Below are positions 28,290-37,980 of a DNA stretch of 48,702 nucleotides, piece after piece. Each line of letters opens with the position of its first letter. Position 1 is the stretch's first letter. Position numbers and translations under genes: made by a program. This DNA comes from Candidatus Bathyarchaeota archaeon. Its GTDB lineage: Archaea; Thermoproteota; Bathyarchaeia; TCS64. The notes below the pieces were generated by a model, which did not search any database, had not been told where the DNA came from, and saw nothing but the letters and a program-made list of their open reading frames with translations. Where the stretch lies: positions 1 to 48,702 of the forward strand of contig JBDRQD010000031.1 of the NCBI GenBank assembly GCA_043826455.1. The letters are read 5' to 3'.

Positions 28290-29228
28290 CTATTTTCCAA
28301 TCATAAACAAGGCCATCTCGACATCACCAACACTGAATGGGTAACCCCTCTCATTCAAGTAATCCCTCACAACCTCAAGAACCCAAATAAGCCTCTCATA
28401 GTTCTCAGCCCACACCTCATCCGAGCAAACATCCCCACAACGACTCCTACCCACTGGACACTTCAACAACCTCTCCCCATCAAATCTGAGAGATCTGAAC
28501 GCACTACCCACACGGCTATCATAGATCGCGAACCTGTTCTGATCAAACAACCCAAGAACCTTGGAAGCAGACGATATGCCTACACCGTAAACCCCAAGCA
28601 GAACCCTGGCCGCGCCCCTAACCTGACCCTCGTCAAGCAAGTTGAACGCCTCACGGGTCACCTTCAGAGCCCCACCCTCCTCTAAACTAACCCTGTTTAA
28701 CCCACCCCAACCCATCACCCTGTCCAGCGTACGAAGATCAACACCGCCCAAGTTCTCAATCCTGGACTTCACCAATGCCGCCTGGATCTCGTTCCTCTCA
28801 TTAATACACTCGATGGTGGGTTTATCTCTCCAAGAATAACACCTGCGCCCCTCAACCAGCTCATCGAAGTGCTCCTCAGCCCAAAGCCTGATGACTTCAC
28901 CATACTTGCCTTTAAAATCCTCTGCAGGGTCCACCAGTCTAGGTTTCTCAGGTTTCACTGGAGTGAGCGTAAAATTCAGTCGAAATTTACCTGCCCTCAA
29001 GTAGTCAAAGTATGGGTGATTCTTCCGGGTCGACGAGTAATAGATGCTTGAAGGGTGCTCCGGAGCCATAGCTATAACATAAGTCCTTATCGTGGTCGCG
29101 GGAATCTCAGGCCGCTCCTGATGAACCTTCTCAATCACATCCTTCGGCTGGAAAACTTCCTTTTCCAGGCTTTTAACCGCCTCAAGAACGATCTCCCAGA
29201 TGGGCGCACCATACTTAGACACACTCAT
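28290..29228 (-). CDS. N-terminal wHTH-like domain fused to an HhH DNA-glycosylase-like domain
   Basis: VMGWGG, LGVYGVGISSASKVL (HhH), FAIYDSRV, DVEMALF; SD GGAGGT upstream. Confidence 0.68.
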   Translation of the reverse strand: MSVSKYGAPIWEIVLEAVKSLEKEVFQPKDVIEKVHQERPEIPATTIRTYVIAMAPEHPSSIYYSSTRKNHPYFDYLRAGKFRLNFTLTPVKPEKPRLVDPAEDFKGKYGEVIRLWAEEHFDELVEGRRCYSWRDKPTIECINERNEIQAALVKSRIENLGGVDLRTLDRVMGWGGLNRVSLEEGGALKVTREAFNLLDEGQVRGAARVLLGVYGVGISSASKVLGLFDQNRFAIYDSRVGSAFRSLRFDGERLLKCPVGRSRCGDVCSDEVWAENYERLIWVLEVVRDYLNERGYPFSVGDVEMALFMIGK

Positions 29229-29302
29229 CTACCTCCATACTGAACCAGAGCCTCTCAGAGATAGCTGGGTCCTGACGAGTACAGCAGACCATAGAGTCCC
29301 CC

Positions 29303-30034
29303 CTAACCATTACTAATTTTTATCTTGAGGAGTGCCTGTTTCGCCGCCCTCTGTCTGGCCTCTTTCATGGACTGCCCCTCCGCCTCAGCCAACTTTTCCC
29401 CGTTGACATACACTTCTGCCCTGAACACCGGGTCATTGGACGTACCAGCTATCGGAGTATACTTGTATTGGGGTAGTTTCCCATACAGTCTCTGGCTCAT
29501 CTCCTGCAGAGGATTAACAGGATTCCACACATCATGGGCCAACAATAGCTCAAATAGCCTGCCTTCCAGCTTCTCCTTGTAGAATACTCGAGCAGACTCA
29601 ATCTTCTCCTCATCCATGTAGATGGCCCCGGTGACGGCCTCCAATGCATTCGCTAGAAGCGTAAGCTCACCCTTACCCGTCAACACCTTCTCGCCCTCAC
29701 TTAGAAACAGATTTTCCTTGAAACCCAGCTCCTTGGCGACGACTCCAAGGACTTTATTGTTCTCTATCTCCATCCTGACATTGGTCATCTCCTCCGGCGT
29801 CGACTCTCTCTTGAAGAGAGCCTCACTGATGAGAAACTTGAGGACGCTATCACCTAGAAACTCGAGACACTCATTATCTTCAGTGATCTCCTTGTGCTCA
29901 TTTCTCGCAGCCCTAGTACTAATCGCTGTTTTCAACAGCTCCCTATTCTTTAAGACTAAACCTAACTTATCTTCGAGTGCGCTCAGGTTCTCAGCTGAAT
30001 AAGGGCCAGAAGTGTCCTGATTGGATGAATCCAT
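29303..30034 (-). CDS. rnc: Bacterial-type ribonuclease III with dsRBD
   Basis: NECLEFLGDSVL signature, LANALEAVTGAIYMD, dsRBD (LQEMSQ..P.Y..F..V..G.G.S.KEARQRAA). Confidence 0.9.
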   Translation of the reverse strand: MDSSNQDTSGPYSAENLSALEDKLGLVLKNRELLKTAISTRAARNEHKEITEDNECLEFLGDSVLKFLISEALFKRESTPEEMTNVRMEIENNKVLGVVAKELGFKENLFLSEGEKVLTGKGELTLLANALEAVTGAIYMDEEKIESARVFYKEKLEGRLFELLLAHDVWNPVNPLQEMSQRLYGKLPQYKYTPIAGTSNDPVFRAEVYVNGEKLAEAEGQSMKEARQRAAKQALLKIKISNG

Positions 30035-30360
30035 GATTAATCATTATAATGTGGATAGATATTATATTTACCTGATTGTGCCAATAAAGAATCACGCTCT
30101 AAGGGATTAGCAACTACGCGCACGCAACAGGTTACTCCTAGCACACTATAACGCATTCCTTGTTCTGAACTCTTCTGGGAAGTTGTACGCATTAAAGAAC
30201 AACGGAGTACCCGAGAAACTCAACGGCGACACAGGCCCACAACTCATAAACGAGTACTCCTTCTCCCTCAGACTACTCTGAGGATCACGGAACCGCTGAT
30301 ACAACCCCAAGGACTCCCTCTGACCCCCAATGATCTCCAGCAACGCATCCCGCTCCCTGC

Positions 30361-30397
30361 GCCAGCATAGGATAGGGGTCGAATCCCACCGAGCCCG
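30361..30397 (+). pseudogene. tRNA-derived fragment (D-loop-like, T-loop and 3' acceptor strand); possible att scar
   Basis: AGCATAGGATA (D-loop pattern), then TCGAATCCCAC-CGAGCCC-G; anticodon arm and 5' acceptor strand absent. Confidence 0.55.
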
Positions 30398-30559
30398 GTT
30401 TTTAGTGAACGGGGCTCTTCTCTACCTTCGTTTCCTGTAGAATCTTCTCATGAGGATGAATGCCTGGTTGCTTCTATCCGGGTCTACTCCCCCGCTCTCA
30501 CTGAGCAGCCGCCCACAGAATCGCCGCCACAGGTGAACTCATGCGCCTCCTCCTCAACC

Positions 30560-30854
30560 CTTACCCTATCAACATCATCAAGACGCTCCTCCCAGCGAAC
30601 AACTTCTATCCGACTTCACAGGTAGCTACAACCCTGGGAACCGCCACCAGCGCACAGAAACCGAGCGCTTCAAACCCTACACCTACGAGGGGCTCACCCG
30701 ACGCGACAAAGCCAACCTCAACATCACATGGATCAAAGACCAGACCCTACAAGAACTGGAAAACTTCCCCGAACCCGAAATACTAGCCGCAGAGATCATC
30801 GAAAACATAGAAGACGCCCTAGAACAGTTCAAAGCCATCCAGGAAACTCTGTAA
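30560..30854 (+). pseudogene. hsdM: C-terminal remnant of a type I R-M methyltransferase subunit
   Basis: Frame ending TAA30854 reads SYNPGNRHQRTETERFKPYTYEGLTRRDKANLNITWIKDQTLQELENFPEPEILAAEIIENIEDALEQF, a typical HsdM tail; no start or catalytic core. Confidence 0.78.
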
Positions 30855-30918
30855 GAAGAGCGCTAAAGACCTAAATCCACGCGATAAAATTTTATACATT
30901 CACAGAAACATAAAACAC

Positions 30919-31846
30919 ATGACCGTAGCGGCCTTCGACTCCAAGGAATACTCACGATCAACCAAAACACAACTCAAGTTCTACACGCCTCTCGGAGTTG
31001 GAGTCAAGTTCAGCGACCCCGCCGAAGCCGCGAAAAGCTACACAGACAGTCTCGAAAACCTGGCGCCCAGGTTCGGCATAGAAAACTGCTGCGGGGCCTT
31101 CTCCCCCTCAGAACAGTACCGAAAGCTCGGCCCCAGCAAGACACTGAAGCTGAGCGACGAACTGCTCCAAAAAGTGCAGGACCAGATCGAGTTAGCCTAC
31201 TTCACATACGTGGTCCTACCACCAACGGTAACTCCAACTATAAACGTGGGCGGGTACTCCTCCCCAAGCGTCCCTCTCCCAACCTTCGATTTCCTGAAGC
31301 GAGTGTCCGTATACTTCTCATACATCACAGCATGGAGCTACATAGGCATTGAAGATAGGGTAAAAGACGAGATAATTCTAGACGGATTCCGAGGCATTCC
31401 TAACCGACAAGAAACTATACGCATCCAAGAAACACCTTGAACCCTCCTCAATAGAAGAAGTGTGGAAAGATTACACATTCGAGAAACACACCCACTTCCT
31501 GGACCAAAACGTGCTATCAAAGATAAGATGGTACACAAATGACACAATAGACATCACAAGCTACTACGTACACCCGACAGTGTTCCTCTACTCAGACCAC
31601 TACAAAATGGAAGACATCAAAAAACTAGAAGTATTCCCATTCGCGACACGGTACGCCAGGATGAAAAACGGGTGCGTGAGAGGCTTCAACAAGACGCAGG
31701 ACTCCAAATACATCAAAGATGGAGACATATTCGCCTATGCAGGGGTGGAAGCTAAAAAATTGGCTGAAACTCTAAATGACATAGTGGAAATAGAAACACT
31801 AACATTCAGAGAACTAAGAACAAGAACAAAAACCCAAACACTCTAA
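30919..31846 (+). pseudogene. Hypothetical protein split by a frameshift or deletion at ~31382-31440
   Basis: ORFs 30919-31440 and 31460-31846; the second frame is open from 31382 (AFLTDKKLYASKK...). Confidence 0.55.
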
Positions 31847-32140
31847 CACTATTATAGGACGATGTCGAACGGTGCCGGGTTGGGACCATCCGCAAAGAAA
31901 CATTGATGCAGAAAGAATAAAAAGTTTATGGGCGTAGACACACGACCAGAAAGTCCATCACACAAGAACCCGAGGACGCCCCGGAACAGTCAAGAGTATC
32001 CGGGAGACCCTGGAGAAAGAATAAACCCCATCCCCCAACTTTCAACAAAAACTTAGGCCCCCGTCAACCATCTCTAATTTACACCTCAACCTAACAACCA
32101 TTATATAGGGTATTGGTACACTACCAAAACGGGAAAAACT

Positions 32141-32935
32141 GTGGCAGATATGCTATTCAGTGTACCCGGAATAATAAACGGAAGACTCATCGGATTCCTA
32201 CTAAACATAGCAATGGCAGCACTCGTATACTACTACATCAAGACCAAGAAGATAGTCCACATACGCAGGGTCCCAGGCCTCGACGCCATAGAGGAAGCCG
32301 TCGGCCGATCCGCGGAGATGGGCAAGCCCGTCATCTGCAGCTTCGGCATAGGCGGCTTCACCTACTGGACCCTGGCCGGCCTCGCCATCCTCAGCCACGT
32401 GGCGCGCCTCTCCGCCAGGACGGGGAGCCGCCTCATCGTCCCGACGGGAGGAGGCGACCAGAGCCTCATCGTCAGGCCCGTGGCCGAGGAGATCGTCAAG
32501 ACCGCCTACACCATGGAGGGCGCCGAGGACCAGTACAACCCGGACAACCTACCCTTCTTCAGCGGCCAGCAGTACGCCTACATAGGCGGATACGTGGGCG
32601 TCATGCAGCGCGTCAGGCCAGGCAGCGTCATCATGACGGGCAGCCACGCCAGCGAGGCCATGAACATCGCCGAGACCAGCAACGCCGTGGGCGCCATCAC
32701 CATCACGTCGGGCAGCTACATCAGCAACGTGGCCGCCCTCGCATGCGCGTCCGACTACATACTCATCGGCGAGGAGGCGCCCGCAGCGGGCGCATACCTC
32801 TCCGAGGACCCGTCCCAGAGGGCCAGCATCAGGGTGCAGGACCTCTTCAAGTGGCTAGCCATAGCCATAATGATACTGGGGATAGCCGCCAGGAGCATAG
32901 GAAACGACTTCATGCTCCGGCTGCTATCCACCTAG
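32141..32935 (+). CDS. DUF6754-like membrane-anchored protein
   Basis: IRRVPGLDAIEEAVGRSAEMGKPV and DYILIGEE motifs; TM helices at both ends; TTATATA at 32101. Confidence 0.78.
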   Translation: MADMLFSVPGIINGRLIGFLLNIAMAALVYYYIKTKKIVHIRRVPGLDAIEEAVGRSAEMGKPVICSFGIGGFTYWTLAGLAILSHVARLSARTGSRLIVPTGGGDQSLIVRPVAEEIVKTAYTMEGAEDQYNPDNLPFFSGQQYAYIGGYVGVMQRVRPGSVIMTGSHASEAMNIAETSNAVGAITITSGSYISNVAALACASDYILIGEEAPAAGAYLSEDPSQRASIRVQDLFKWLAIAIMILGIAARSIGNDFMLRLLST

Positions 32936-32947
32936 GAGGTGTAAAGG

Positions 32948-33589
32948 TTGGCAGAGATACTCAAGAATAGACAGCTCCAGATAATCGTCATGATGCTCAG
33001 CTTCCTCTTCGTCTTCCTACCCTACTTCCTCAACGTGCCCCAGCTCAACACAGCGTCAACAAAGCTCATCACCATAACCAGCATAGTCACCGCCTTCACC
33101 GTCGCCCTGGCCGTCATAGCCCAGTTCAGGCGCGGAATGAACATCATCAACAGGCGCAGCCGCGGCTGGTACTTCAAAGCCTACATGCTCATCACAATGG
33201 TGCTCATGCTCGGCTTCAGCCTCATAAGCAGGGAGACGGGCCCCTACCACTGGGTCATGTTCGCGGTGGTCAACCCGCTCAGCAGCGTCAACTACGGCAT
33301 ACTCGCATTCTACATGGCGTCCACAGCCGCCCGAGCCTTCAGGGCCCGCAACACCAAGGCCATGCTTCTACTCCTCAGCGGCTTCATAGTGCTCATCTAC
33401 CAGGCGCCCCTCACGGGGGCCTACTTCGGAGGCTTCGAGCCCATAGCCCTCTACCTGGGCAGCACCTTCGCCATGGCGGCCGGCAGGATGTTCCTCATAA
33501 GCGTCACCGTGGGCGCCATAGTATTCGGCGTCAGGGTGATACTAGGCAACGAGCCCTCAGTGCTGGGCATAAGTAAGGAGGAACAATGA
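32948..33589 (+). CDS. Polytopic membrane protein of the DUF6754 cluster
   Basis: About 6 hydrophobic segments; LAFYMASTAARAFRARN, RVILGNE; SD GGAGGT. Confidence 0.75.
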   Translation: MAEILKNRQLQIIVMMLSFLFVFLPYFLNVPQLNTASTKLITITSIVTAFTVALAVIAQFRRGMNIINRRSRGWYFKAYMLITMVLMLGFSLISRETGPYHWVMFAVVNPLSSVNYGILAFYMASTAARAFRARNTKAMLLLLSGFIVLIYQAPLTGAYFGGFEPIALYLGSTFAMAAGRMFLISVTVGAIVFGVRVILGNEPSVLGISKEEQ

Positions 33590-34461
33590 TGGCCAAAGAA
33601 AACGGCGGAATACTGAAGTGGATGGCAGAGTACGACAGACGCTACGTGTACCTAGCCCTGTTCCTAGTGATGGTGGGGCCACTACTGCGCCCCATAGGCA
33701 TGCCCATCAGCGTCAGCCCAGACACACGCCAGTACTACGGGATCCTCCAGCAGGTGCAGCCCGGCGACAAGGTCTTCTTCACCCTGAACACAGAGTTCAG
33801 CGGCTACAACGAGATCCAGAGCGGCATCATAGCCACGATGCGCGTCCTCGTGGAGAAGAACGCCAGGGTCTGCTTCGGGGTCGCCCACGTGGAGGCCACC
33901 GTCATACCTGAGCTCATCATCAAGGCCGTCCAGGCCGAGATGGATGCCAACGACTACCAGTACGGCAGGGACTACATAATCCTCGGATACATATTCCCGA
34001 ACGAGGCCGCGGTGGCCGCCGGCGCCCAGGACTTCCACGGCGTCGTCACCCAGGACTGGCTCGGCCGGCCCATAGCCGGCACCTTCCTGGACGAGATCGA
34101 CGACTGGGAGGACTGGGACCTCATAGCCGACTTCACCACGGGCATCGCCACCAGCTACCTCATCAACCACTACGCCCTCAGGGGGACACCCATGATCATG
34201 AACTGCATAGGCGTCATGATCGCCTCCGAGAAGCCCTACCTGGACTCCGGCGTCCTGCTGGCCCTCCTACAGAGCATGAGGGGCGGCGCCGAGCTGGAGT
34301 TCCTCATAGGGCACCCCGGGCCAGGCCTAACGGCCATGGACGCCTTCAGCTTCGGGCACTACATGCTGATAGTCTTCATCATCATAGGCAACGTCGGCTA
34401 CTTCGGCTACACCAAGCAACAGCAGATGAAACTCGCAAAGGAGGGTTCAACGAATGGTTGA
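33586..34461 (+). CDS. Membrane-anchored protein with a large soluble domain (DUF6754 cluster)
   Basis: DRRYVY..P..P N-terminus, YGRDYIILGY, GGAELE, MDAFSFGH..IIIGN; ATGA overlap. Confidence 0.75.
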   Translation: MMAKENGGILKWMAEYDRRYVYLALFLVMVGPLLRPIGMPISVSPDTRQYYGILQQVQPGDKVFFTLNTEFSGYNEIQSGIIATMRVLVEKNARVCFGVAHVEATVIPELIIKAVQAEMDANDYQYGRDYIILGYIFPNEAAVAAGAQDFHGVVTQDWLGRPIAGTFLDEIDDWEDWDLIADFTTGIATSYLINHYALRGTPMIMNCIGVMIASEKPYLDSGVLLALLQSMRGGAELEFLIGHPGPGLTAMDAFSFGHYMLIVFIIIGNVGYFGYTKQQQMKLAKEGSTNG

Positions 34462-35164
34462 CTTCATAGAGATATCGGTGGTGGCCGTGGGCACCTTCCT
34501 GGCCATGTGCATGTTCAGCACCCTCTACGGGAAGAGCAGCCCACTCTACGCCCTCGCTGAGGAGAGCTACATCGGGTTCGCAACCGGCCTCACAATAATC
34601 TGGAACATCGACTACATCTGGAAGACTGGCATCGTCAACATATTGGCGGGGGACTGGGTCCTCCTGTTCAGCATCTTGCTAGGCGCAATGATGCTGCTGA
34701 GGGTCCACCCCAAGTACAGCTACGTGGCCAGGCTGCCCATAGCCATAGTGCTGGGCGCCCAGTTCGGCCTCAGCCTGCGCACCATCATCTTCACCGGCTT
34801 CATACAGCAGATATCGGCGACCATCGTGCCCCTGTTCACGGGCGCCACTCAGACGCTTCTATACAACTGGACCATCGTCATATGCGTCATCTTCATGCTC
34901 ACCTTCTTCTTCTACACCATAGAGATGGAGGGGGCCCTGGGGATGAGCGCAAGGTTCGGCGAGTACCTACTCTACATAGCCTTCGGAACCGTCTTCGCGC
35001 AGACCTTCATGGGCAGGCTCGGCCTGGTCATCGGCTTCCTGCAGAGCTACACGATACCCGACTGGGAGACTCCGTATCTTCTAGTAAGCATGGTCCTCGT
35101 CCTCGCCTTGGTCATCTACATGGACAAGACGGGGCTCCTGGAGAAGCTGACACCAGAAGAGTAA
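34454..35164 (+). CDS. Polytopic membrane protein of the DUF6754 cluster
   Basis: FSTLYGKSSPLYALAEESYIG, FGTVFAQTFMGR; about 7 TM segments. Confidence 0.75.
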   Translation: MVDFIEISVVAVGTFLAMCMFSTLYGKSSPLYALAEESYIGFATGLTIIWNIDYIWKTGIVNILAGDWVLLFSILLGAMMLLRVHPKYSYVARLPIAIVLGAQFGLSLRTIIFTGFIQQISATIVPLFTGATQTLLYNWTIVICVIFMLTFFFYTIEMEGALGMSARFGEYLLYIAFGTVFAQTFMGRLGLVIGFLQSYTIPDWETPYLLVSMVLVLALVIYMDKTGLLEKLTPEE

Positions 35165-35192
35165 TACCCACCTTTTTTTACTATATTCTTCT

Positions 35193-35546
35193 ATGACCGT
35201 CGAGTGGCAACACTGGGAGGACCTTTCACCCGAGAGGGAGAAGGAGCTCATCGACAGGCTGGCCAACGCCTTCGTCAAGCGCGGCCTGGGCCTCATGGGC
35301 AGGATGCTGCTGGAGAGCGGCGGCCCCCTCACAAGCATGTTCGCCGAGTTCTACATGGGCATATACGGGCCCTTCTTCGACTTCCTAGAGGTGGACGAGT
35401 ACGTGGCGCTCCTCAGGAACAAGAGGAACCTGAAGAGGCTGGTCAAGCGCATCGAGGAGCTGGAGGAGGAGAAGGAGCGGAAAGAGAAGGAGCGCAAGGG
35501 CAAGCCCTCGGCGAAAACAGACGAGGCCCCCAAACTAGAGGAGTAG
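35193..35546 (+). CDS. Hypothetical protein (117 aa)
   Basis: Coding-like codon usage; LESGGPL motif and charged C-terminal helix. Confidence 0.65.
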   Translation: MTVEWQHWEDLSPEREKELIDRLANAFVKRGLGLMGRMLLESGGPLTSMFAEFYMGIYGPFFDFLEVDEYVALLRNKRNLKRLVKRIEELEEEKERKEKERKGKPSAKTDEAPKLEE

Positions 35547-35553
35547 GCGCCGG

Positions 35554-35820
35554 CTACATATTCACTTCGTCTTTGGCATCCTCTCCCCCGGAATCACCAT
35601 CCCCGCCCTTCCCCTGGAGCAGCCTGGCCTTGAGGTCCCTCTTCACCTTGAAGCTCCAGAGGCCCAGACCCAGCACAAGCAGGTTCAGCAGGGTGAAGGA
35701 CGGCAGGTCCACCTGGATCATGTTCGTGAGGTAGAAGAGGTCGGCCACAACGACGATGACCATGAACACGTTGGCCGCCAGCAGCATCTGCCTAGTCCTC
35801 TTGGGCAGGGTCTCCATCAA
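35554..35820 (-). CDS. Small two-TM membrane protein
   Basis: Two hydrophobic helices; directly downstream of the creatininase gene. Confidence 0.6.
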   Translation of the reverse strand: MMETLPKRTRQMLLAANVFMVIVVVADLFYLTNMIQVDLPSFTLLNLLVLGLGLWSFKVKRDLKARLLQGKGGDGDSGGEDAKDEVNM

Positions 35821-35827
35821 GTCTCCG

Positions 35828-36601
35828 TCAACCCATCTTGTGGGGCTTGGAGAGGAGCTCGGCGGCGTCGGCCACCTTTATGGCCTCCACCAGCTTCACC
35901 ACCTCCTCTGTGAAGGGCCTCATGATGTCCTCACCGATCTTCTTGGACGCGGTGGTGGACACGATCTTCTTGCCGGCCGAGCCCAGCACGCCTGTGGGCG
36001 TGAGGTCTACGGTGTCCCAGGGGAACAGCATGGGCCCCAGGTTGCTGATGCCCGTTATGGGCAAGGGCCCCAGGTGGGTGCTCTGCGTGGTGTCCACGGC
36101 TCTATCCATCTTCACCAGACGGCCGTGATAGTAGAGGTTCATGCTGGTCTCCTTCTCACCGGCGTGGCCATCTATCCCCGGGGGGAAGGTCATGAGGACC
36201 GCAGCGAATACGTCGAAGTCCCTTCGGAGGGTCCCAGCCACCTCCACCAGGGCCGCGGTGTTGCCGCCGTGGCCGTTGAAGAACAGTATCTTCCTGGCGC
36301 CGTGGCTGGCAACCGCCAGGGCCACGGACAGCATGTAGTCCCTGAAGACCTCGGGGGGCACCCAGAGGGTGCCGGGGAACTGCCTGTGGTGCTCGCTGAT
36401 GCCCACGGGCACCACTGGTAGGACAAGGACGCCGGTCCTGTCGCCCACCGCCTTGCTGAAGGCGGCGGCGATGAGGTGGTCGGTGCCCAGGGGGTTGTGG
36501 GGGCCGTGCTGCTCGGTGCTGCCCACGGGGAGTATCACTGTGTCGTTCTCCCGGAACAGCTTCTCGGCTTCGGCCCAGCTTACCTCGGCTAACTGAACCA
36601 T
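35828..36601 (-). CDS. Creatininase / creatinine amidohydrolase family protein
   Basis: GSTEQHGPHNPLGTD, NGHGGN, HAGEKETS. Confidence 0.92.
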   Translation of the reverse strand: MVQLAEVSWAEAEKLFRENDTVILPVGSTEQHGPHNPLGTDHLIAAAFSKAVGDRTGVLVLPVVPVGISEHHRQFPGTLWVPPEVFRDYMLSVALAVASHGARKILFFNGHGGNTAALVEVAGTLRRDFDVFAAVLMTFPPGIDGHAGEKETSMNLYYHGRLVKMDRAVDTTQSTHLGPLPITGISNLGPMLFPWDTVDLTPTGVLGSAGKKIVSTTASKKIGEDIMRPFTEEVVKLVEAIKVADAAELLSKPHKMG

Positions 36602-37153
36602 GAAATCACCTGATCCTCTTTCGGTGTCTGAAGGTTATAAGTTGACTGCGGTAATTGACGGCAGCTGGGCATAATGTGAGTTAAGTAACCTGAAGTTGAA
36701 TACGCTGTTCTTTTCATCTATGGTTTCTGTCTTGTCTATTGAATTAACACAAGGCATGTGGGTGGTGGGGATCGAACACAGATTTACTAGTAAAATCCCG
36801 AGGGTTGTACTGACACTATGAGAGTATCTTGGGAGAAACCCATTCAACACCTCGGTCTCAAGAACCAATGTTTCTAAGGGCCAGCCAACCACCACCCAGC
36901 ACATACTCTAGGCAGGAAACCTTTTTCATCTTTTCAACATACCGTCTAAATACGTACTACATTTTTAAATAGTCTTTAGATGAATATAGAGTAATCAATG
37001 AAGCTCTATTTTTGTAAGGAGGAAAAAAACATGGGATCGCCTCTTTTCTCAGTGGCGTTGTGGAGGAGAGGGATGTTTAATGGGGTCACCCGGGTTATTT
37101 GGCCAGGGGGTGAAGGGGTCCCGGTGAAGGAGACCCTGTAAAGGGAGAATTGA

Positions 37154-37182
37154 TTTAAATGATGCATATGCATAATGGAGGT
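37154..37182 (+). promoter_or_regulatory. TATA box, 12-bp palindrome and SD
   Basis: TTTAAAT at 37154-37160, ATGCATATGCAT at 37162-37173, GGAGGT at 37177-37182. Confidence 0.45.
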
Positions 37183-37189
37183 ATTAGGA

Positions 37190-37549
37190 ATGTTTACTTG
37201 TAAGTTTCTTAGAGGATGGTGGAGCAGGGCGCTTAGGCGCAGGATCCTGTTCACCGCCCTGGATAAGTCGGATAGAGGCTACCTGTACCTAGCGATGAGG
37301 GCCTTCGACGAGATACGCAACGCAGATGTGGGGACGATAATAGTGAAGATCCTCGCAAAGCTCAAGGACGCGTTGGAGAGCCCCTTCGTCAGGAGGATGG
37401 AGACCTACGGGATCGAGAAGGCTAGGAGCATATCTAGGAAGGCAGTGGAGTGGGGCCACGACACTGCTGAAGAATGGGCCAACGAAGCCGGGTTCATCAG
37501 GTACCTGACGGTTCTAGATTTTAACAAGCCTTCGGGGTGGGGTGTATAG
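37190..37549 (+). CDS. Hypothetical archaeal protein
   Basis: ATG37190 with SD; AVEWG..A.EW...GFIRYL pattern. Confidence 0.65.
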   Translation: MFTCKFLRGWWSRALRRRILFTALDKSDRGYLYLAMRAFDEIRNADVGTIIVKILAKLKDALESPFVRRMETYGIEKARSISRKAVEWGHDTAEEWANEAGFIRYLTVLDFNKPSGWGV

Positions 37550-37802
37550 ATTGAACGACAAGGTGTTGGGCTACATAATCCTCATCGGCAGCCTGTTCGG
37601 CGTCGCCTGCTACTTCTACCTCGTATTCCTGTCTCCATGGGCCCTGCTGGTCGTACAGGTTTCGGCGTTCCTAGCAGTGGCAGCGATGTTGTTGATCATG
37701 GCCTGGATAGGGTACACGCTAGCCACCACGCCTAACCCCGAGCCGCTGGAAGACTTCGCTGAAGAGCCATCGGCAGAGGAAAAAGTGGAAGAAGAAGCCT
37801 AG
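37542..37802 (+). CDS. Small two-TM membrane protein
   Basis: DKVLG...WIGYTLATTP.P.PLE with an acidic tail. Confidence 0.7.
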   Translation: MYRLNDKVLGYIILIGSLFGVACYFYLVFLSPWALLVVQVSAFLAVAAMLLIMAWIGYTLATTPNPEPLEDFAEEPSAEEKVEEEA

Positions 37803-37804
37803 CC

Positions 37805-37980
37805 GTGCTTGCACATGAGCAGACTAGAACGAAAAGCCTTGAGATCGAGCTACCCGGTAGATGTGAGTGTGGCTGCCCAACCTCAAAATCTGGGGTACAA
37901 GGATAAATGGCGGACTTGAGGTCGAGGTCCGCTGCATGAGATGCGGACAGCCACTTGGCAGAGTAAAGAAAGATGAGTGA
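37805..37980 (+). pseudogene. Small zinc-ribbon ORF with a 1-bp frameshift at ~37881
   Basis: ...GRCECGCPT then, in the shifted frame, LKIWGTRINGGLEVEVRCMRCGQPLG...*. Confidence 0.5.

Noticed and set aside
30361..30397. Functional tRNA gene
   Set aside because: No anticodon arm or 5' acceptor strand, and the T-stem is incomplete.
7300..31900. Provirus or conjugative element
   Set aside because: No integrase, replication, capsid or transfer genes; best described as a defence island.
224..36596. Numerous antisense or overlapping ORFs (e.g. 671-1240, 8581-9297, 22777-23568, 32113-32970)
   Set aside because: Shadows of GC-rich coding genes with no recognisable motifs.
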